Counted from the first letter of the stretch, positions 26,542 through 37,066 are shown. The stretch: 64,000 bases of DNA from an uncultured delta proteobacterium (GCA_963826125.1 CAWGVV010000001.1:1232635-1296634); one strand, 5' to 3'. Program-made: numbers and translations. Notes: generated from the sequence alone by a model not told the origin.

Positions 26542-27963
26542 TTATCCCCCGGTCCCGAGGTTCAAGCGGCCCTTGCGTTCCTTTTTCCTGATGCGGATGG
26601 TGAAGGTCGTTCCCCCTACGCGATTCACGTCGATAGTCCCCCCCAGCTGCCCCTCCGCGAGGCCGGTGACCAGCTGGAGGCCCAACGTCCTGGTATGACG
26701 AAAATCGATAGATACCGGAAGGCCCACCCCGTTATCGCTCACCACCAGTTCCATGTCTTTGTTGGTGAGGCGGCGGGCGCGAATGGATATCTCCCCTTTT
26801 CTCCCGCAGGGAAAGGCATGTTTGAGGGAGTTGGAGATGAGTTCGTTGAAGATCAGGCCACACGGGATGAGGGAATCGATGTCCATGGTGACGTCCTCGG
26901 CTTCCACCACCAGGTGGACGGCCTTGGGGTCTTTCCGCGCCGCCTCGAAGAGCATGCCGGCCAGTCGTGAAATGTATTGATTCATGTTCACTTCGGCCAT
27001 GTCCTCGGATTGGTAGAGCGCCTCATGGACAAGGGCCATGGCAGCCACTCGGCCCCTGGCCTCCTCGAACACCTCAAGCAGTTTTGTGTCCCTGATCCCC
27101 TGGGCCTGGAGGGTCAGCAGGCTTGAAATGACCTGCATGTTGTTCTTGACGCGATGATGCACCTCTCGAAGAAGCACCTCTTTTTCGTAGAGGGAAGCCT
27201 TGATCTTTTCCTCGGTTCGTCTGCGATGGGTTACGTCGTGGACCGTACCGAGTATTTGTCGGGCGGTGCCGTTTTCACGGCTGGAAAAAACGACGTCCGT
27301 CGTCAGAAACCAGCGGTATTCCCCTTTGTTGCACCGGTATCGATATTCGCATTCGAGTATCTCTCCCTTGCGCGCCCCCGCGCAGAGGGTATTGTGCAGA
27401 GTCACCGTGGCCATGTCGTCCGGGTGAATTCGCGCAGCGTGGATGTTCGGCCCCTTGCCGAGGAGTTCTTCCCGCGAACTTCCGGTTACTGTCTGATACG
27501 AATGATTGACGAAGTCGTAGCGATTGGTGTCGAGGTCCAGAATGTACAGTGCATAGGGAGCGGCATCGGCGAAGCGCTCCACGAAAATCCTGCTGTCCCG
27601 CAGCGCCGATCGGGTCTGTTCCAGTTCTCCGATATCCGTGAGAAAAATCAGGGATGTCGAAGATTTTCGTCGTTCATCGAAAAATGGCGCGACCGACACC
27701 CTGACCCATAGGGCGGTTCCATCCTTCAGGGTGATTTTCATTTCCCGGGATGGATGGTTCCCTTCCCTGACCATTGCGGCGAACGATTTTTCATCCTCTT
27801 CACCGAGCAGGTCCGTTAACGGCTTTCCCGGAGCGCTTTCCGGGGGGAACCCGAACATGGCACCCGCCTTCGGGTTAATGAAAACGACGACCAATTCTTC
27901 GTCTACCGCGAGAAAGCCTTCCGCAGCGTTTTCCATGAAGTGTTGAAAGATTTCTTTTTTCAT
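26542..27963 (-). CDS. PAS-PAS histidine kinase (HisKA_2 type)
   Basis: EVHHRVKNNMQ H-box, NELISNSLKHAF, SDNGVG, TLGLQLV; start set at MKKEIF. Confidence 0.9.
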   Translation of the reverse strand: MKKEIFQHFMENAAEGFLAVDEELVVVFINPKAGAMFGFPPESAPGKPLTDLLGEEDEKSFAAMVREGNHPSREMKITLKDGTALWVRVSVAPFFDERRKSSTSLIFLTDIGELEQTRSALRDSRIFVERFADAAPYALYILDLDTNRYDFVNHSYQTVTGSSREELLGKGPNIHAARIHPDDMATVTLHNTLCAGARKGEILECEYRYRCNKGEYRWFLTTDVVFSSRENGTARQILGTVHDVTHRRRTEEKIKASLYEKEVLLREVHHRVKNNMQVISSLLTLQAQGIRDTKLLEVFEEARGRVAAMALVHEALYQSEDMAEVNMNQYISRLAGMLFEAARKDPKAVHLVVEAEDVTMDIDSLIPCGLIFNELISNSLKHAFPCGRKGEISIRARRLTNKDMELVVSDNGVGLPVSIDFRHTRTLGLQLVTGLAEGQLGGTIDVNRVGGTTFTIRIRKKERKGRLNLGTGG

Positions 27964-28219
27964 CCACTTGCCCCGGCTCAGTTCAAGGTTCGAAGCGGTT
28001 GTTCGCTGCACGCCGGAGGGATTTTCCACGAGACCTGCCGCGTTCGCGGAAATCGGTCCGCCAGTATGTACGTATTCTCGGTGTTCGTCTCCCTTTCGGT
28101 GCGAAGGGCGCCGTCCTGGACTTTCGACGCCCGCGCCGACTATAGTGGAATGAAATCCGTCGTGCAATAAATAGCATCAATGGGAATTCAAAATAATCGG
28201 AGAAAGGAGAGGGCTTCAG

Positions 28220-29290
28220 GTGGATAGCTTGTTGGAAGGGGGGAGATCGCTCCTCACAACCTTGATACTCCTCGGAGGAACGGCTCTCGTCGGGCTTCTG
28301 ATCCATACCGTTTTCATACGGATAGCGCCGAGGTTCACGCAGAAGCTCTTCAATCATTTTAGTACCCTCATGCTCAAGTACACGGCCTCCCCTCTGCGTA
28401 TTATCTTTCCAGTGGCGGCGGTACTGACCGTGCTGCCTTTCAGCGGCCTTACGGCTCCAAGGGAAGCCACGCTGCGTCAACTGCTGGCGCTGACGCTCAT
28501 CGGATGCATCGGATGGCTCATGGTGCGTTTCCTGGCAGTTCTGGAGGAACTGTCGCTGGGACGTTATCGACTGGACGTTCAAGACAATCTGGAAGCTAGG
28601 CGGGCGTATACCCAGATTCGCATGCTCCGCCGGGTTGCGGTAGCCATGGTATTCACGCTCACCATAGCTTCGATGCTTATGACGTTCGACCGGGTGAGGC
28701 AGCTGGGCGCGAGTATCCTGGCTTCGGCGGGCATTGCGGGGATCATTCTGGGATTTGCCGCACAGAAAAGTCTTTCCGCTCTCGTGGCCGGTCTTCAGGT
28801 GGCCATCAGCCAGCCCATCCGGATCGACGACGTGGTGATCGTGGAGAACGAATGGGGGAGAATCGAGGAGATCACCATGACGTACGTGGTGGTGAGGATC
28901 TGGGACCAGCGCCGACTCATCGTACCGACCAACTATTTCATCGAAAAGCCGTTCCAGAACTGGACCAGGGTTTCAACCGACTTGCTGGGAACGGTTTTCC
29001 TCTATGTCGATTACACGGTCCCCATTGGGGAGGTCCGCAACGAACTTCATTCGATTCTCGATAAATCCCCCATCTGGGACCGGCGCGTATGGAATCTGCA
29101 GGTCACGAATACCACTGACAAGACCATGGAACTTCGTGCGCTGATGAGCGCGGGCGATGCTTCGAAAGCCTGGGACCTGCGTTGCGAGGTACGGGAAAAG
29201 CTTATCTCGTTCATCCGGGAAAAGTATCCGCAGAGCCTGCCGAAACAGCGCGCCGAAATCACCGGGAAGATGGCGGCGCCTCAGGAGTGA
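28220..29290 (+). CDS. Small-conductance mechanosensitive channel (MscS family)
   Basis: LASAGIAGIILGFAAQ, QPIRIDDVV, GRIEEITMTY, PFQNW. Confidence 0.9.
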   Translation: MDSLLEGGRSLLTTLILLGGTALVGLLIHTVFIRIAPRFTQKLFNHFSTLMLKYTASPLRIIFPVAAVLTVLPFSGLTAPREATLRQLLALTLIGCIGWLMVRFLAVLEELSLGRYRLDVQDNLEARRAYTQIRMLRRVAVAMVFTLTIASMLMTFDRVRQLGASILASAGIAGIILGFAAQKSLSALVAGLQVAISQPIRIDDVVIVENEWGRIEEITMTYVVVRIWDQRRLIVPTNYFIEKPFQNWTRVSTDLLGTVFLYVDYTVPIGEVRNELHSILDKSPIWDRRVWNLQVTNTTDKTMELRALMSAGDASKAWDLRCEVREKLISFIREKYPQSLPKQRAEITGKMAAPQE

Positions 29291-29461
29291 TGCGGAAGAA
29301 CAAACAACGGCAGGATATTTCAGCCCCCCCTTCCCCTCGGGAAAATCGTTATTAGTGTTGAGTATAGAAAGGCGCCCCGCGGCATTGAGCGCGAAGTTTC
29401 ATCGGCACACGAGGCGCCCGTAAATTTTCAGCAACCACCTTTATGAAAGGGGGAGCTAGAT

Positions 29462-30040
29462 ATGTACAAGACACTTGCGATATTTTCCATTCTCGCGTTA
29501 TTTCTCCTCTTCGCCGCCCAGCCGGTTTTGGCGGAAGAGGGAGGGACCGGGACTGCGTCGCATCACTACTTCTATAATGGAAGCACTCAAATGTACAAAG
29601 AGGGACCGTCCAGCGGTTCGTCATATCACTATTACTACAACGGCACCGAACCGTACGTGAAGAGCGACCGTGGCAGCGGAGAGTGGGGGCATCATTATTT
29701 CTATCCCGGTAATGATCAGAATACCCAGGGATCAATGAGTCAGGGCAAGATGAGTGAAGGCATGGAGACTGCCATCACCAATGAAGACGGGAGCGTTGCC
29801 AGGGACAATGCCGCCATGACCGGCGGTAGCATGGCCATGGAATCGGATAGCAGCCGACTGCATCACAACTATTACTATCGCGGCGGTGAGTACGAATACG
29901 TATCGCCAATCGCTCCGACCCATGAATTGAAGGAAGGAAACTGGCATTACTTCTACACCGGAGCCGAACCGTTTGCTTCCTCGAAAGAAATGATGGAAGG
30001 TTCCGGGCACTGGGGCCATAACTATTACTTCCCGTGGTAG
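29462..30040 (+). CDS. Secreted His/Tyr-repeat protein of unknown function
   Basis: GGGAG RBS, signal peptide ending VLA, six His/aromatic-cluster motifs, own terminator. Confidence 0.8.
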   Translation: MYKTLAIFSILALFLLFAAQPVLAEEGGTGTASHHYFYNGSTQMYKEGPSSGSSYHYYYNGTEPYVKSDRGSGEWGHHYFYPGNDQNTQGSMSQGKMSEGMETAITNEDGSVARDNAAMTGGSMAMESDSSRLHHNYYYRGGEYEYVSPIAPTHELKEGNWHYFYTGAEPFASSKEMMEGSGHWGHNYYFPW

Positions 30041-30065
30041 CCATAACAGTGGTAGGCATAACAAA

Positions 30066-30102
30066 GGAGCCATTCCGGAAAACCGGGATGGCTTCGTTTT
30101 TT
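30066..30102 (+). terminator. Rho-independent terminator
   Basis: ggagccattccgg-aaaa-ccgggatggcttc followed by a T run. Confidence 0.7.
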
Positions 30103-30183
30103 CCCTTGAAATATCTTCCCGCCTTCTAAAAACTTTGAAGAATTGTTCGCGTAAGGCGCGGAGCGGAACACGGTTTTCGAAGT

Positions 30184-31287
30184 CTAGGGAAGTTCCTTCC
30201 GGGGCCATACCGCCTTTATGATGGTTCCCGTTTCCTTCGAAGATGAAATCGAAAAAATCCCTCCGGAAAACTCGACTCTTTCCCGCATGCTGACCAGTCC
30301 TATCCCGCCGCTGTTGGAGTCTTTCTTGCCGGACTGCCGGGAAACAATTCCCTTTCCGTTGTCCCGGACCGACAGTTCAATGCCTGAACCGTTTTTATTC
30401 AACGACACCGATGCCCGATTCGCCTGGCTGTGCTTGGCGATGTTGTTCAGACATTCCTGAAGCACTCGGTAAATCGTCAGCTTTATCGATTCGGGCACCT
30501 CGCGCTCCGAGATGTTGACTTCTTCCTCCAGCTCGATCTCGCGATAGGTGGTATGGAACTGCCGACAGACCCACGATACCGCTGCCGCGATACCAAGGTT
30601 GTCCAGTACGGAGGGTCGCAGGTCGGAGATGATGCCCCGTATTTCGTTCAACGTATAGACGCTCATTTCGCTCAACTTCGCGAGTGATCGATGGGCGGGA
30701 GAATCCGCTTCCACCAGGTCCCAGGTGTTTTCGATAATGATTTTCATCGCGGCGATGGACTGGCAGATGCTGTCGTGGAGTTCCATGGCGATACGCTTCC
30801 GCTCGTCTTCCTGGGCGGTAAGCAGCCGGGAGGAGAGGAATCTCAGTTCCTGCTCCGATCGTTGCAGTCGTTCTTCCGCATTCCATCGGTCAAGTGCATA
30901 GCGGATGGACCGTTCGAGCACCAGCGGGTTCAACGTTTCCTTTTCCAGATAATCGTAGGCGCCTCGCTTCATAGCCTCGATATCCGTCTCGTACCCGCCC
31001 TGCCCCGTCAGGAAAATGAAGGGAATCCTGTAGCCCCTCCTCCTGGCTTCTTCCAGCAGTTCGAGGCCCGTGTAGTCTCCGAGTCGGTAGTCCAGAAGAT
31101 AGAGATCGTGCTCACGACGTTCGATGTATTCCAAAGCTTCGCCGTAGGTGCGCACCCATTCAATCTCGTAAAGATTGGGTTGGATGCCGGTGAGCACCTC
31201 GCGAACGATGATGTAATCGTCTTCGTCGTCTTCGATCAGCAGTATTTTGATTGGTTCTTCCATAGGTTCAATTGGAGGAAGCGACAT
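30184..31287 (-). CDS. Receiver + HisKA_3 (NarX/UhpB-type) hybrid histidine kinase; start may be 31263
   Basis: LLIEDDEDD receiver; ERKRIAMELHDSICQ H-box; QECLNNIAKHS, RDNGKG, GIGLVSMRER. Confidence 0.9.
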   Translation of the reverse strand: MSLPPIEPMEEPIKILLIEDDEDDYIIVREVLTGIQPNLYEIEWVRTYGEALEYIERREHDLYLLDYRLGDYTGLELLEEARRRGYRIPFIFLTGQGGYETDIEAMKRGAYDYLEKETLNPLVLERSIRYALDRWNAEERLQRSEQELRFLSSRLLTAQEDERKRIAMELHDSICQSIAAMKIIIENTWDLVEADSPAHRSLAKLSEMSVYTLNEIRGIISDLRPSVLDNLGIAAAVSWVCRQFHTTYREIELEEEVNISEREVPESIKLTIYRVLQECLNNIAKHSQANRASVSLNKNGSGIELSVRDNGKGIVSRQSGKKDSNSGGIGLVSMRERVEFSGGIFSISSSKETGTIIKAVWPRKELP

Positions 31288-31732
31288 CCGGAAGCTCCAC
31301 GGTGTGCAGCCAATACTGATTGAGGGTCTTTACGACTTCCTTCAGATCCTGATAGGAAACCGGCTTGACGATGAAGGAACTGGCTCCCAGATCGTAACTC
31401 CTGTTGATGTCCTCTCGCTCCCGGGAAGTGGTGAAAATCACCACGGGGATTCGTTTCAGTTGGGGATCCGCCTTGATTTCCCTCAGTACGGTACGACCGT
31501 CTTTCCTCGGCATGTTGAGATCCAGGATGATGAGGTCCGGCGGGGGAAACCGTTTTCGGTCTCCATAGGGTCCCTGGAGCCTGAGGTATTCCAGGAGCTC
31601 TTCGCCGTCTTCAACGACCCTCAGACAATCGGTGAGGCTCTGTTCTTCGAAAGCGTCCTTCATGAGGAGGCAATCATCGGGATCGTCATCCGCCATGATG
31701 ATGGTGACCTGTTTGTACTTTGCTTCAACCAT
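31268..31732 (-). CDS. Single-domain response regulator (Rcp1-like)
   Basis: ADDDPDD, PDLIILDLNMPRKDG, IPVVIFTTS, GASSFIVKP. Confidence 0.9.
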   Translation of the reverse strand: MVEAKYKQVTIIMADDDPDDCLLMKDAFEEQSLTDCLRVVEDGEELLEYLRLQGPYGDRKRFPPPDLIILDLNMPRKDGRTVLREIKADPQLKRIPVVIFTTSREREDINRSYDLGASSFIVKPVSYQDLKEVVKTLNQYWLHTVELPDVASSN

Positions 31733-32581
31733 CGGTGTATGTATGTGGAGTTTGGCGTGCATCCTCAACGATCTCCTCACGCGCCGAAATTCCTTGAATT
31801 CCGGGTCTGCGGCATTTGGCATTCCCTTCGCAACCTCTCATCGGAAACCGAGCCCGAGATGTTCGAGCCCGCCCCCTCGCTTCGCCTGCCTTGGCTGTAA
31901 TTGACGATCCTCTCCCGCCGCAACACTTCCCGCATCTCACTGCCGCCGAAAATTAAGAACGATTATCCCCAAAGTGTCAATGGTTTTATGAAATCGATCC
32001 CCACATTTCCGCTGCTTCGTTCACAACGAAACATCTGCAAGCCGCAGCCTCCTGCGCGAACATGACTACATGCCCCGGAGCTGTCGGAATCATCTTCCCG
32101 GACGCAAGCCACGGATCGCACTCACAAAACTTCTCTGCAACAATGGCCATGGCTCTCCGACTGTCAAGACTGCCAAACAACTATTCCAGTTGGTGCTCGA
32201 ATGTAAGTTTGCTGCACTCAGAAGATGCCGGGTGAGATGGGATCATGAGCAACATGCATACAACATATAGCAGGATTTCATTTTTTAGGCAATCATGTTT
32301 ACCTTCACCTTGCCCATACGGCCGAGGGATAAAAAGAAAATCGTTTCTCCGGAATAATCCGATAAATGTTCGTTTTCCGGTTTTCTCCCCGAATGTTTCC
32401 CCGGAGAAATATGGTAATACGATACCGGACGCTGCCGGTAAGGCAGCCCGGCAGATCGTTCCCCCGCACGGCGCGTCCCCGCCTCCGACCTTACGGCTTG
32501 GCTTTTCCGGCTGCCTCCTGTACATTGGTTCCGTTCCTCGGGTGCCGAGAAAGAAGAGAACAACGGGAGGCAACCCAGACC

Positions 32582-33757
32582 GTGCGCAACGGAGAAAATC
32601 TGTCCGCCGTCATTCTCGCCGCCGGCTTTTCTTCCCGCATGAAGGAGTTCAAACCGCTCCTCATGCTGGGGGGAATGACCCTGCTTGAAAGGACGGTCGG
32701 CCTGTTCCGCGACCATGGGACGACCGACGTCCTGGTGGTCGCCGGACATCGGGCTCACGATGTTTCCGCCGAGGCGAGGAGACTGGGCGCCCGGTGCATC
32801 GTCAACGAGCAGTACGAACGGGGAATGTTCACGTCGGTAAGGACCGCGGTAAAAAATCTGCCTCCGGACGCCCCCGCGTTTTTTCTTCTTCCCGTGGACA
32901 TTCCGTTGGTGAGGCCGCACACGGTCCGTCGTCTCGTCGAGGTGTGGCGGGAAGGTTCTCACGGTATCCTCTATCCTTCATTTCTGGGCCAAAGAGGCCA
33001 CCCTCCCCTGATTTCCCGCCGCTACATTGAGGACATCATCGATTGGAATGGCGCCGGGGGGTTACGGCCCGTTCTCGAAAAACGTGAGGACGATGCGCGG
33101 GACGTAGAAGTGGCCGATCGTTTTATCCTCGAAGACATGGACACTCCGGATGATTTCGCGGCCATGCGGGTGTGGCAGGCACGTGCCGGTGTGCCCGACG
33201 TCGACGAATGCCGATCGCTGCTGACGCGGGTTTATCGTCGGGAAGACTCGCTGGTGTCCCATTGTCGAAGCGTGGCGCGGGTGGCCCTTCGGCTGGGCCG
33301 AAGACTATCCTCCAGGGGATGCGGACTGAACCTCGACCTGCTTCTGGCGGCAGCCCTGCTGCACGACATCGCCAAGGGACAGCCGGACCACGCGGCAGCC
33401 GGCGCCCGCATGCTCTCCAATCTGGATTTCCCGTCCGTGGCGGAGGTGATTGCCTGCCACATGGATCTGGTTCCTCCATCGCAGGGCGCGCCCGACGAAC
33501 GGGAGCTTCTCTACTTGGCGGACAAAATGGTGAAGGGAAGTCGGCTGGTGCACCCTGAAAAGCGGTTTGCCGAAGCGATCGAACGATATGCGGACGATGC
33601 ATCGACCGTGGTGTCGATCGAACGGAGAAGGCGTACGGTGGAAATTATCGAAAACCGGATCGGAACGATACTGGGTCGATCGGGATTCGACCTCGTCTCC
33701 GACGGAGAGGAGGGAAGCGATGAACAAGGGACGCATTTATCTGATGAGGCATGGTGA
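32582..33757 (+). CDS. MocA-like NTP transferase fused to an HD domain
   Basis: ILAAGFSSRM..FKPLL, LPVDIP, RGHPPLI, DMDTPDD; then HC..V, LLHDIAK, YLADK; GTG after GGGAGG. Confidence 0.85.
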   Translation: MRNGENLSAVILAAGFSSRMKEFKPLLMLGGMTLLERTVGLFRDHGTTDVLVVAGHRAHDVSAEARRLGARCIVNEQYERGMFTSVRTAVKNLPPDAPAFFLLPVDIPLVRPHTVRRLVEVWREGSHGILYPSFLGQRGHPPLISRRYIEDIIDWNGAGGLRPVLEKREDDARDVEVADRFILEDMDTPDDFAAMRVWQARAGVPDVDECRSLLTRVYRREDSLVSHCRSVARVALRLGRRLSSRGCGLNLDLLLAAALLHDIAKGQPDHAAAGARMLSNLDFPSVAEVIACHMDLVPPSQGAPDERELLYLADKMVKGSRLVHPEKRFAEAIERYADDASTVVSIERRRRTVEIIENRIGTILGRSGFDLVSDGEEGSDEQGTHLSDEAW

Positions 33758-34328
33758 AATCCCCCTGTCCGGAGAAACGCGTTACATAGGACAACTGGAC
33801 CTGCCGCTCACCGCGCGCGGGGTCGATCAGGTCCGGCAGTGGCGGGAGCCTCTTTCGGCGGTCCGTTTCAGCCGCGTGTATTGCAGCGATTTGCTGCGCT
33901 GCCGCCACACTGTCCGACTCGTTCTGGGAGATGACAGGGACGACGTGCTTTTTGAACCCATGCTTCGCGAAATATGTCTCGGAACGTGGGAGGGGCTGCC
34001 CGTCGGCGAGGTGAAGGAACGTTTTCCCGAGGGATGGAAACGTAGAGGGGAAGACCTGGCGGGGTATCGTCCGGAAGGGGGAGAAAGCTTCGCGGACCTC
34101 GCCGCCCGGGTGGTGCCGTTTTTCAGAACGATCGCGGAATCAATGGAAGGCGACGTGCTTGTCGTGGCCCATGCGGGCGTCAACCGAACGATTCTCAGCC
34201 ACGTGCTGGGTATGCCCCTGAACAACGTCCTGCGAATCGGACAGGATTATGCGTGTCTGAATCTCCTGGATTGCTCCACGGACCCCTACCGTGTCCTGGC
34301 AACGAACCTGAAGCCGACGTTTCCCTGA
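33720..34328 (+). CDS. Histidine phosphatase (CobC/phosphoglycerate mutase family)
   Basis: LMRHGE, SDLLRC, LREICLGTWEG, GGES, VAHAGVNR. Confidence 0.88.
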   Translation: MNKGRIYLMRHGEIPLSGETRYIGQLDLPLTARGVDQVRQWREPLSAVRFSRVYCSDLLRCRHTVRLVLGDDRDDVLFEPMLREICLGTWEGLPVGEVKERFPEGWKRRGEDLAGYRPEGGESFADLAARVVPFFRTIAESMEGDVLVVAHAGVNRTILSHVLGMPLNNVLRIGQDYACLNLLDCSTDPYRVLATNLKPTFP

Positions 34329-34344
34329 CGAAGGCGGCCCGAAC

Positions 34345-35592
34345 TCAAGCATCAGCGGCAAAAGCGGACCGTTCGGACGAACGGTCCTCGGCCTCCGTTT
34401 TCCCGCTGATCTCCACCCGGTTCCGGCCCAGGCGCTTCGCGCGGTACAAAGCCTCGTCCGCCGCCATGATTACCGCTTCCACCCCGGTTCCCGAAGAAGG
34501 AAAAGCGCAGGCCACCCCAAGGCTAATGGTGACTTTGCCCACCGGCGTTCCCGGATTGGACAGGTTCAGCAACTCCACCGAGCCGCGCATCTTTTCCGCC
34601 ACCATGACGGCTCCGGCCAGATCGGTGTCGGGCAGAATGACCGCGAACTCCTCCCCACCGTAACGGGCCACCATGTCGCCTTCCCGGAACAGGGTATGAC
34701 CCAGCACGCGCGCCACCGTCTTCAGACAATCGTCTCCCATGCGATGGCCGAGCGTATCGTTCAGATTCTTGAAATAATCGAGGTCCACCATGATGAAGGC
34801 AAGGAACTTTCCGTCCCGCGCCGCCCTGCGCCATTCCTTGATCAGCGACTGATTGAAAAGCCTCCGGTTGGGCACTTCGGTCAGATCGTCCATGGTGCAC
34901 AGCCGCCGGAGACGCGCGTTCATGGTTTCCAGCTCGGCTTTCTGTTTCCCGATAAGCCGCTGGGCCAGAAAGTCCTTCACTTCCTTGGCATACAACACCT
35001 GCGCGGTGATCAGCGCCAGTGCGCTGAAAATGACGACGTTGGTGCAAAGCGCCGCGGAGCGGCCGAACCCCTCTGCCCGGGTCAGTATCATGATCAACAT
35101 GACGATTCCGTTCACGCCGAATACGAGCACGTTTTTTTTCGTATCCAGCCTCACCAACGCCACCGTGGCGAAGACGACCATGATGAAAGGGGAAAGGGAC
35201 TCCCGGAACACCAGAAACAACCCGTTGAAAACGGAAACGAGCGAAGAGACGGCCAGAAGATAGGCAAGTTCCGCAACCATATGTACGGGCCGCAGTTTTC
35301 CGGGAGAAGGGATGGGGAGCGAAAAGAGTATAAAGGCGAGGGACCCAGCCACAATGAAAATCCTGCCGCCGAGAAGCCATGGGAACAGCGAGAGGAAGGC
35401 CCGATCTCCCGAACCCGCCAGCACACTATAATCAAGGGGAATCAGCGCCAGAAAGAAAACGGCCGCTGCATAGGCGGCGAGCCGCAACCGTTGTAGGTTA
35501 TGATGGACGAGGTACTGCTCTATCTCCCCCCTCTCCTTTTCCGAGAGGACCGGGAAGAGCGAGTCAGCTTTCTGACCGACGATTCTCACCAT
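34345..35592 (-). CDS. Membrane-bound diguanylate cyclase (GGDEF)
   Basis: Multiple TM segments; DDLTEVPNRR, DLDYFK..ND..GH..GD, REGD I-site, GGEEF. Confidence 0.9.
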   Translation of the reverse strand: MVRIVGQKADSLFPVLSEKERGEIEQYLVHHNLQRLRLAAYAAAVFFLALIPLDYSVLAGSGDRAFLSLFPWLLGGRIFIVAGSLAFILFSLPIPSPGKLRPVHMVAELAYLLAVSSLVSVFNGLFLVFRESLSPFIMVVFATVALVRLDTKKNVLVFGVNGIVMLIMILTRAEGFGRSAALCTNVVIFSALALITAQVLYAKEVKDFLAQRLIGKQKAELETMNARLRRLCTMDDLTEVPNRRLFNQSLIKEWRRAARDGKFLAFIMVDLDYFKNLNDTLGHRMGDDCLKTVARVLGHTLFREGDMVARYGGEEFAVILPDTDLAGAVMVAEKMRGSVELLNLSNPGTPVGKVTISLGVACAFPSSGTGVEAVIMAADEALYRAKRLGRNRVEISGKTEAEDRSSERSAFAADA

Positions 35593-35841
35593 ATAATAAA
35601 TTTCGGCATGCAGCCTTAACCACTGGAGAAAAAAAGATACACGGCGCCATAAAAATGCAATGAATTCACTATCACTTGTTCCGTGGAAAGGAAAGGCGAA
35701 ACCGTCCGTTTCCCACGTTCGGCTACGGGCGCCGATTTCCGATACGTCATGACAAGCGTATTCATCAGTGTTATGTATTATGCGTGTTGCGGGGGATGAG
35801 GCCGCTCCCTCGTTCCGGCAATTTCGCAGAAGGAGGGCAAC

Positions 35842-36273
35842 GTGAAAGAGAGCCTCAAGCCCGGTCTTCCGGTGCAATTTTCCTTCGTCGTTCCGGAAAA
35901 CAAGACGGTGCCCCATATCCTGCCCGAGTCGCCGGAAATGCAACACATGCCGCACGTTCTGGCATCGGGGTTCATGGTGGCGATCATCGAATGGGCATGC
36001 ATCCGGGCGCTCATGCCGCATCTCGACTGGCCGGAGGAAATGACCCTCGGAACGGGCTTCGAACTCACCCATTCGGCGCCGACGCCTCCCGGCATGACGG
36101 TCACGGTGAGCGGCAAGCTTGAAAGCATGGAGGGGCGAAAACTCGTTTTCGCCATCTCGGTGCATGACGGCCTGGACGAAGTCTCCCGGGGGACCCATGA
36201 ACGGCACGTGGTGAACAGTTCGATATTCATGGCCCGAGCGGCCGCGAAAGCCGCCGAAGCGAGTGCCCGGTAA
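35842..36273 (+). CDS. Hot-dog thioesterase (fluoroacetyl-CoA thioesterase FlK-like)
   Basis: VLASGFMVAIIEWAC, THSAPTPPG, GTHERHVV; AGGAGG RBS. Confidence 0.85.
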   Translation: MKESLKPGLPVQFSFVVPENKTVPHILPESPEMQHMPHVLASGFMVAIIEWACIRALMPHLDWPEEMTLGTGFELTHSAPTPPGMTVTVSGKLESMEGRKLVFAISVHDGLDEVSRGTHERHVVNSSIFMARAAAKAAEASAR

Positions 36274-36406
36274 GAGGATTCGCGCGGCGGAAAGAAGCCG
36301 CCGCGGAAGATGAGAATGATTTTCTTCCTTTAAAGCAAACCCTTACTCTGATAGACTGCATTTCGATGTAAGTTTTTCCGATCCCGATTCCGTGAGGTAA
36401 TTAGGT

Positions 36407-37066
36407 ATGTCCAGGCACCTGCAGAGAGAAATCGATCAGATAAAAAGGACCATACTCGGTTTGTGCGCCGTGGTGGAAGACCGGGTAAGCATGGCCATCA
36501 AGGCAGTTCATGATCGGGACGCCGACATGGCGAATCAGGTGATCGAACTGGACCGGGAGATCGACGAGAAAGAGGTTGAAATTGAGGAAGAGTGCCTGAA
36601 GATCATGGCACTGCACCAGCCGGTGGCCATTGACCTGCGTTTCCTCGTGACGGTGATCAAGATCAACAGCGAACTCGAACGAATCGGAGATCAGGCCGTC
36701 AACGTATCCGAGCGGGTCGTCGTGCTCGCCCGTCGCGACCCCGTGGAAGTCAATTTCGATTACGCGGAAATGTGTGAGAAAACGCAGAAGATGCTGCACA
36801 TGAGTATCGATTCCCTGGTGCGGACCGACCTGGACGAGGCAGTCAGGGTAGTGCTCATGGACGACGACGTCGACAATCTGAAAAGAGAGATTTACGACAA
36901 GGTCAAGGACCTCATCCGATCGCACCCCGACCGGGTCGGGTATCTCATCAACCTCTTCCTGATTTCGCGCCATCTGGAACGAATCGCCGACCACGCCACC
37001 AACATCGCCCAGGAAGTGGTCTACCTCATCGAAGGAAAAATACACCGGCACACCGGCGACTGGTAG
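36407..37066 (+). CDS. phoU: Phosphate signalling protein PhoU
   Basis: QPVAIDLR, LERIGDQAVN, LERIADHATNIA. Confidence 0.93.
   Translation: MSRHLQREIDQIKRTILGLCAVVEDRVSMAIKAVHDRDADMANQVIELDREIDEKEVEIEEECLKIMALHQPVAIDLRFLVTVIKINSELERIGDQAVNVSERVVVLARRDPVEVNFDYAEMCEKTQKMLHMSIDSLVRTDLDEAVRVVLMDDDVDNLKREIYDKVKDLIRSHPDRVGYLINLFLISRHLERIADHATNIAQEVVYLIEGKIHRHTGDW

Noticed and set aside
32400-32580. Possible Moco riboswitch upstream of the MocA-HD gene
   Set aside because: Only a short gcctcc..gta resemblance; conserved stems could not be built by eye. An Rfam/Infernal scan would be decisive.
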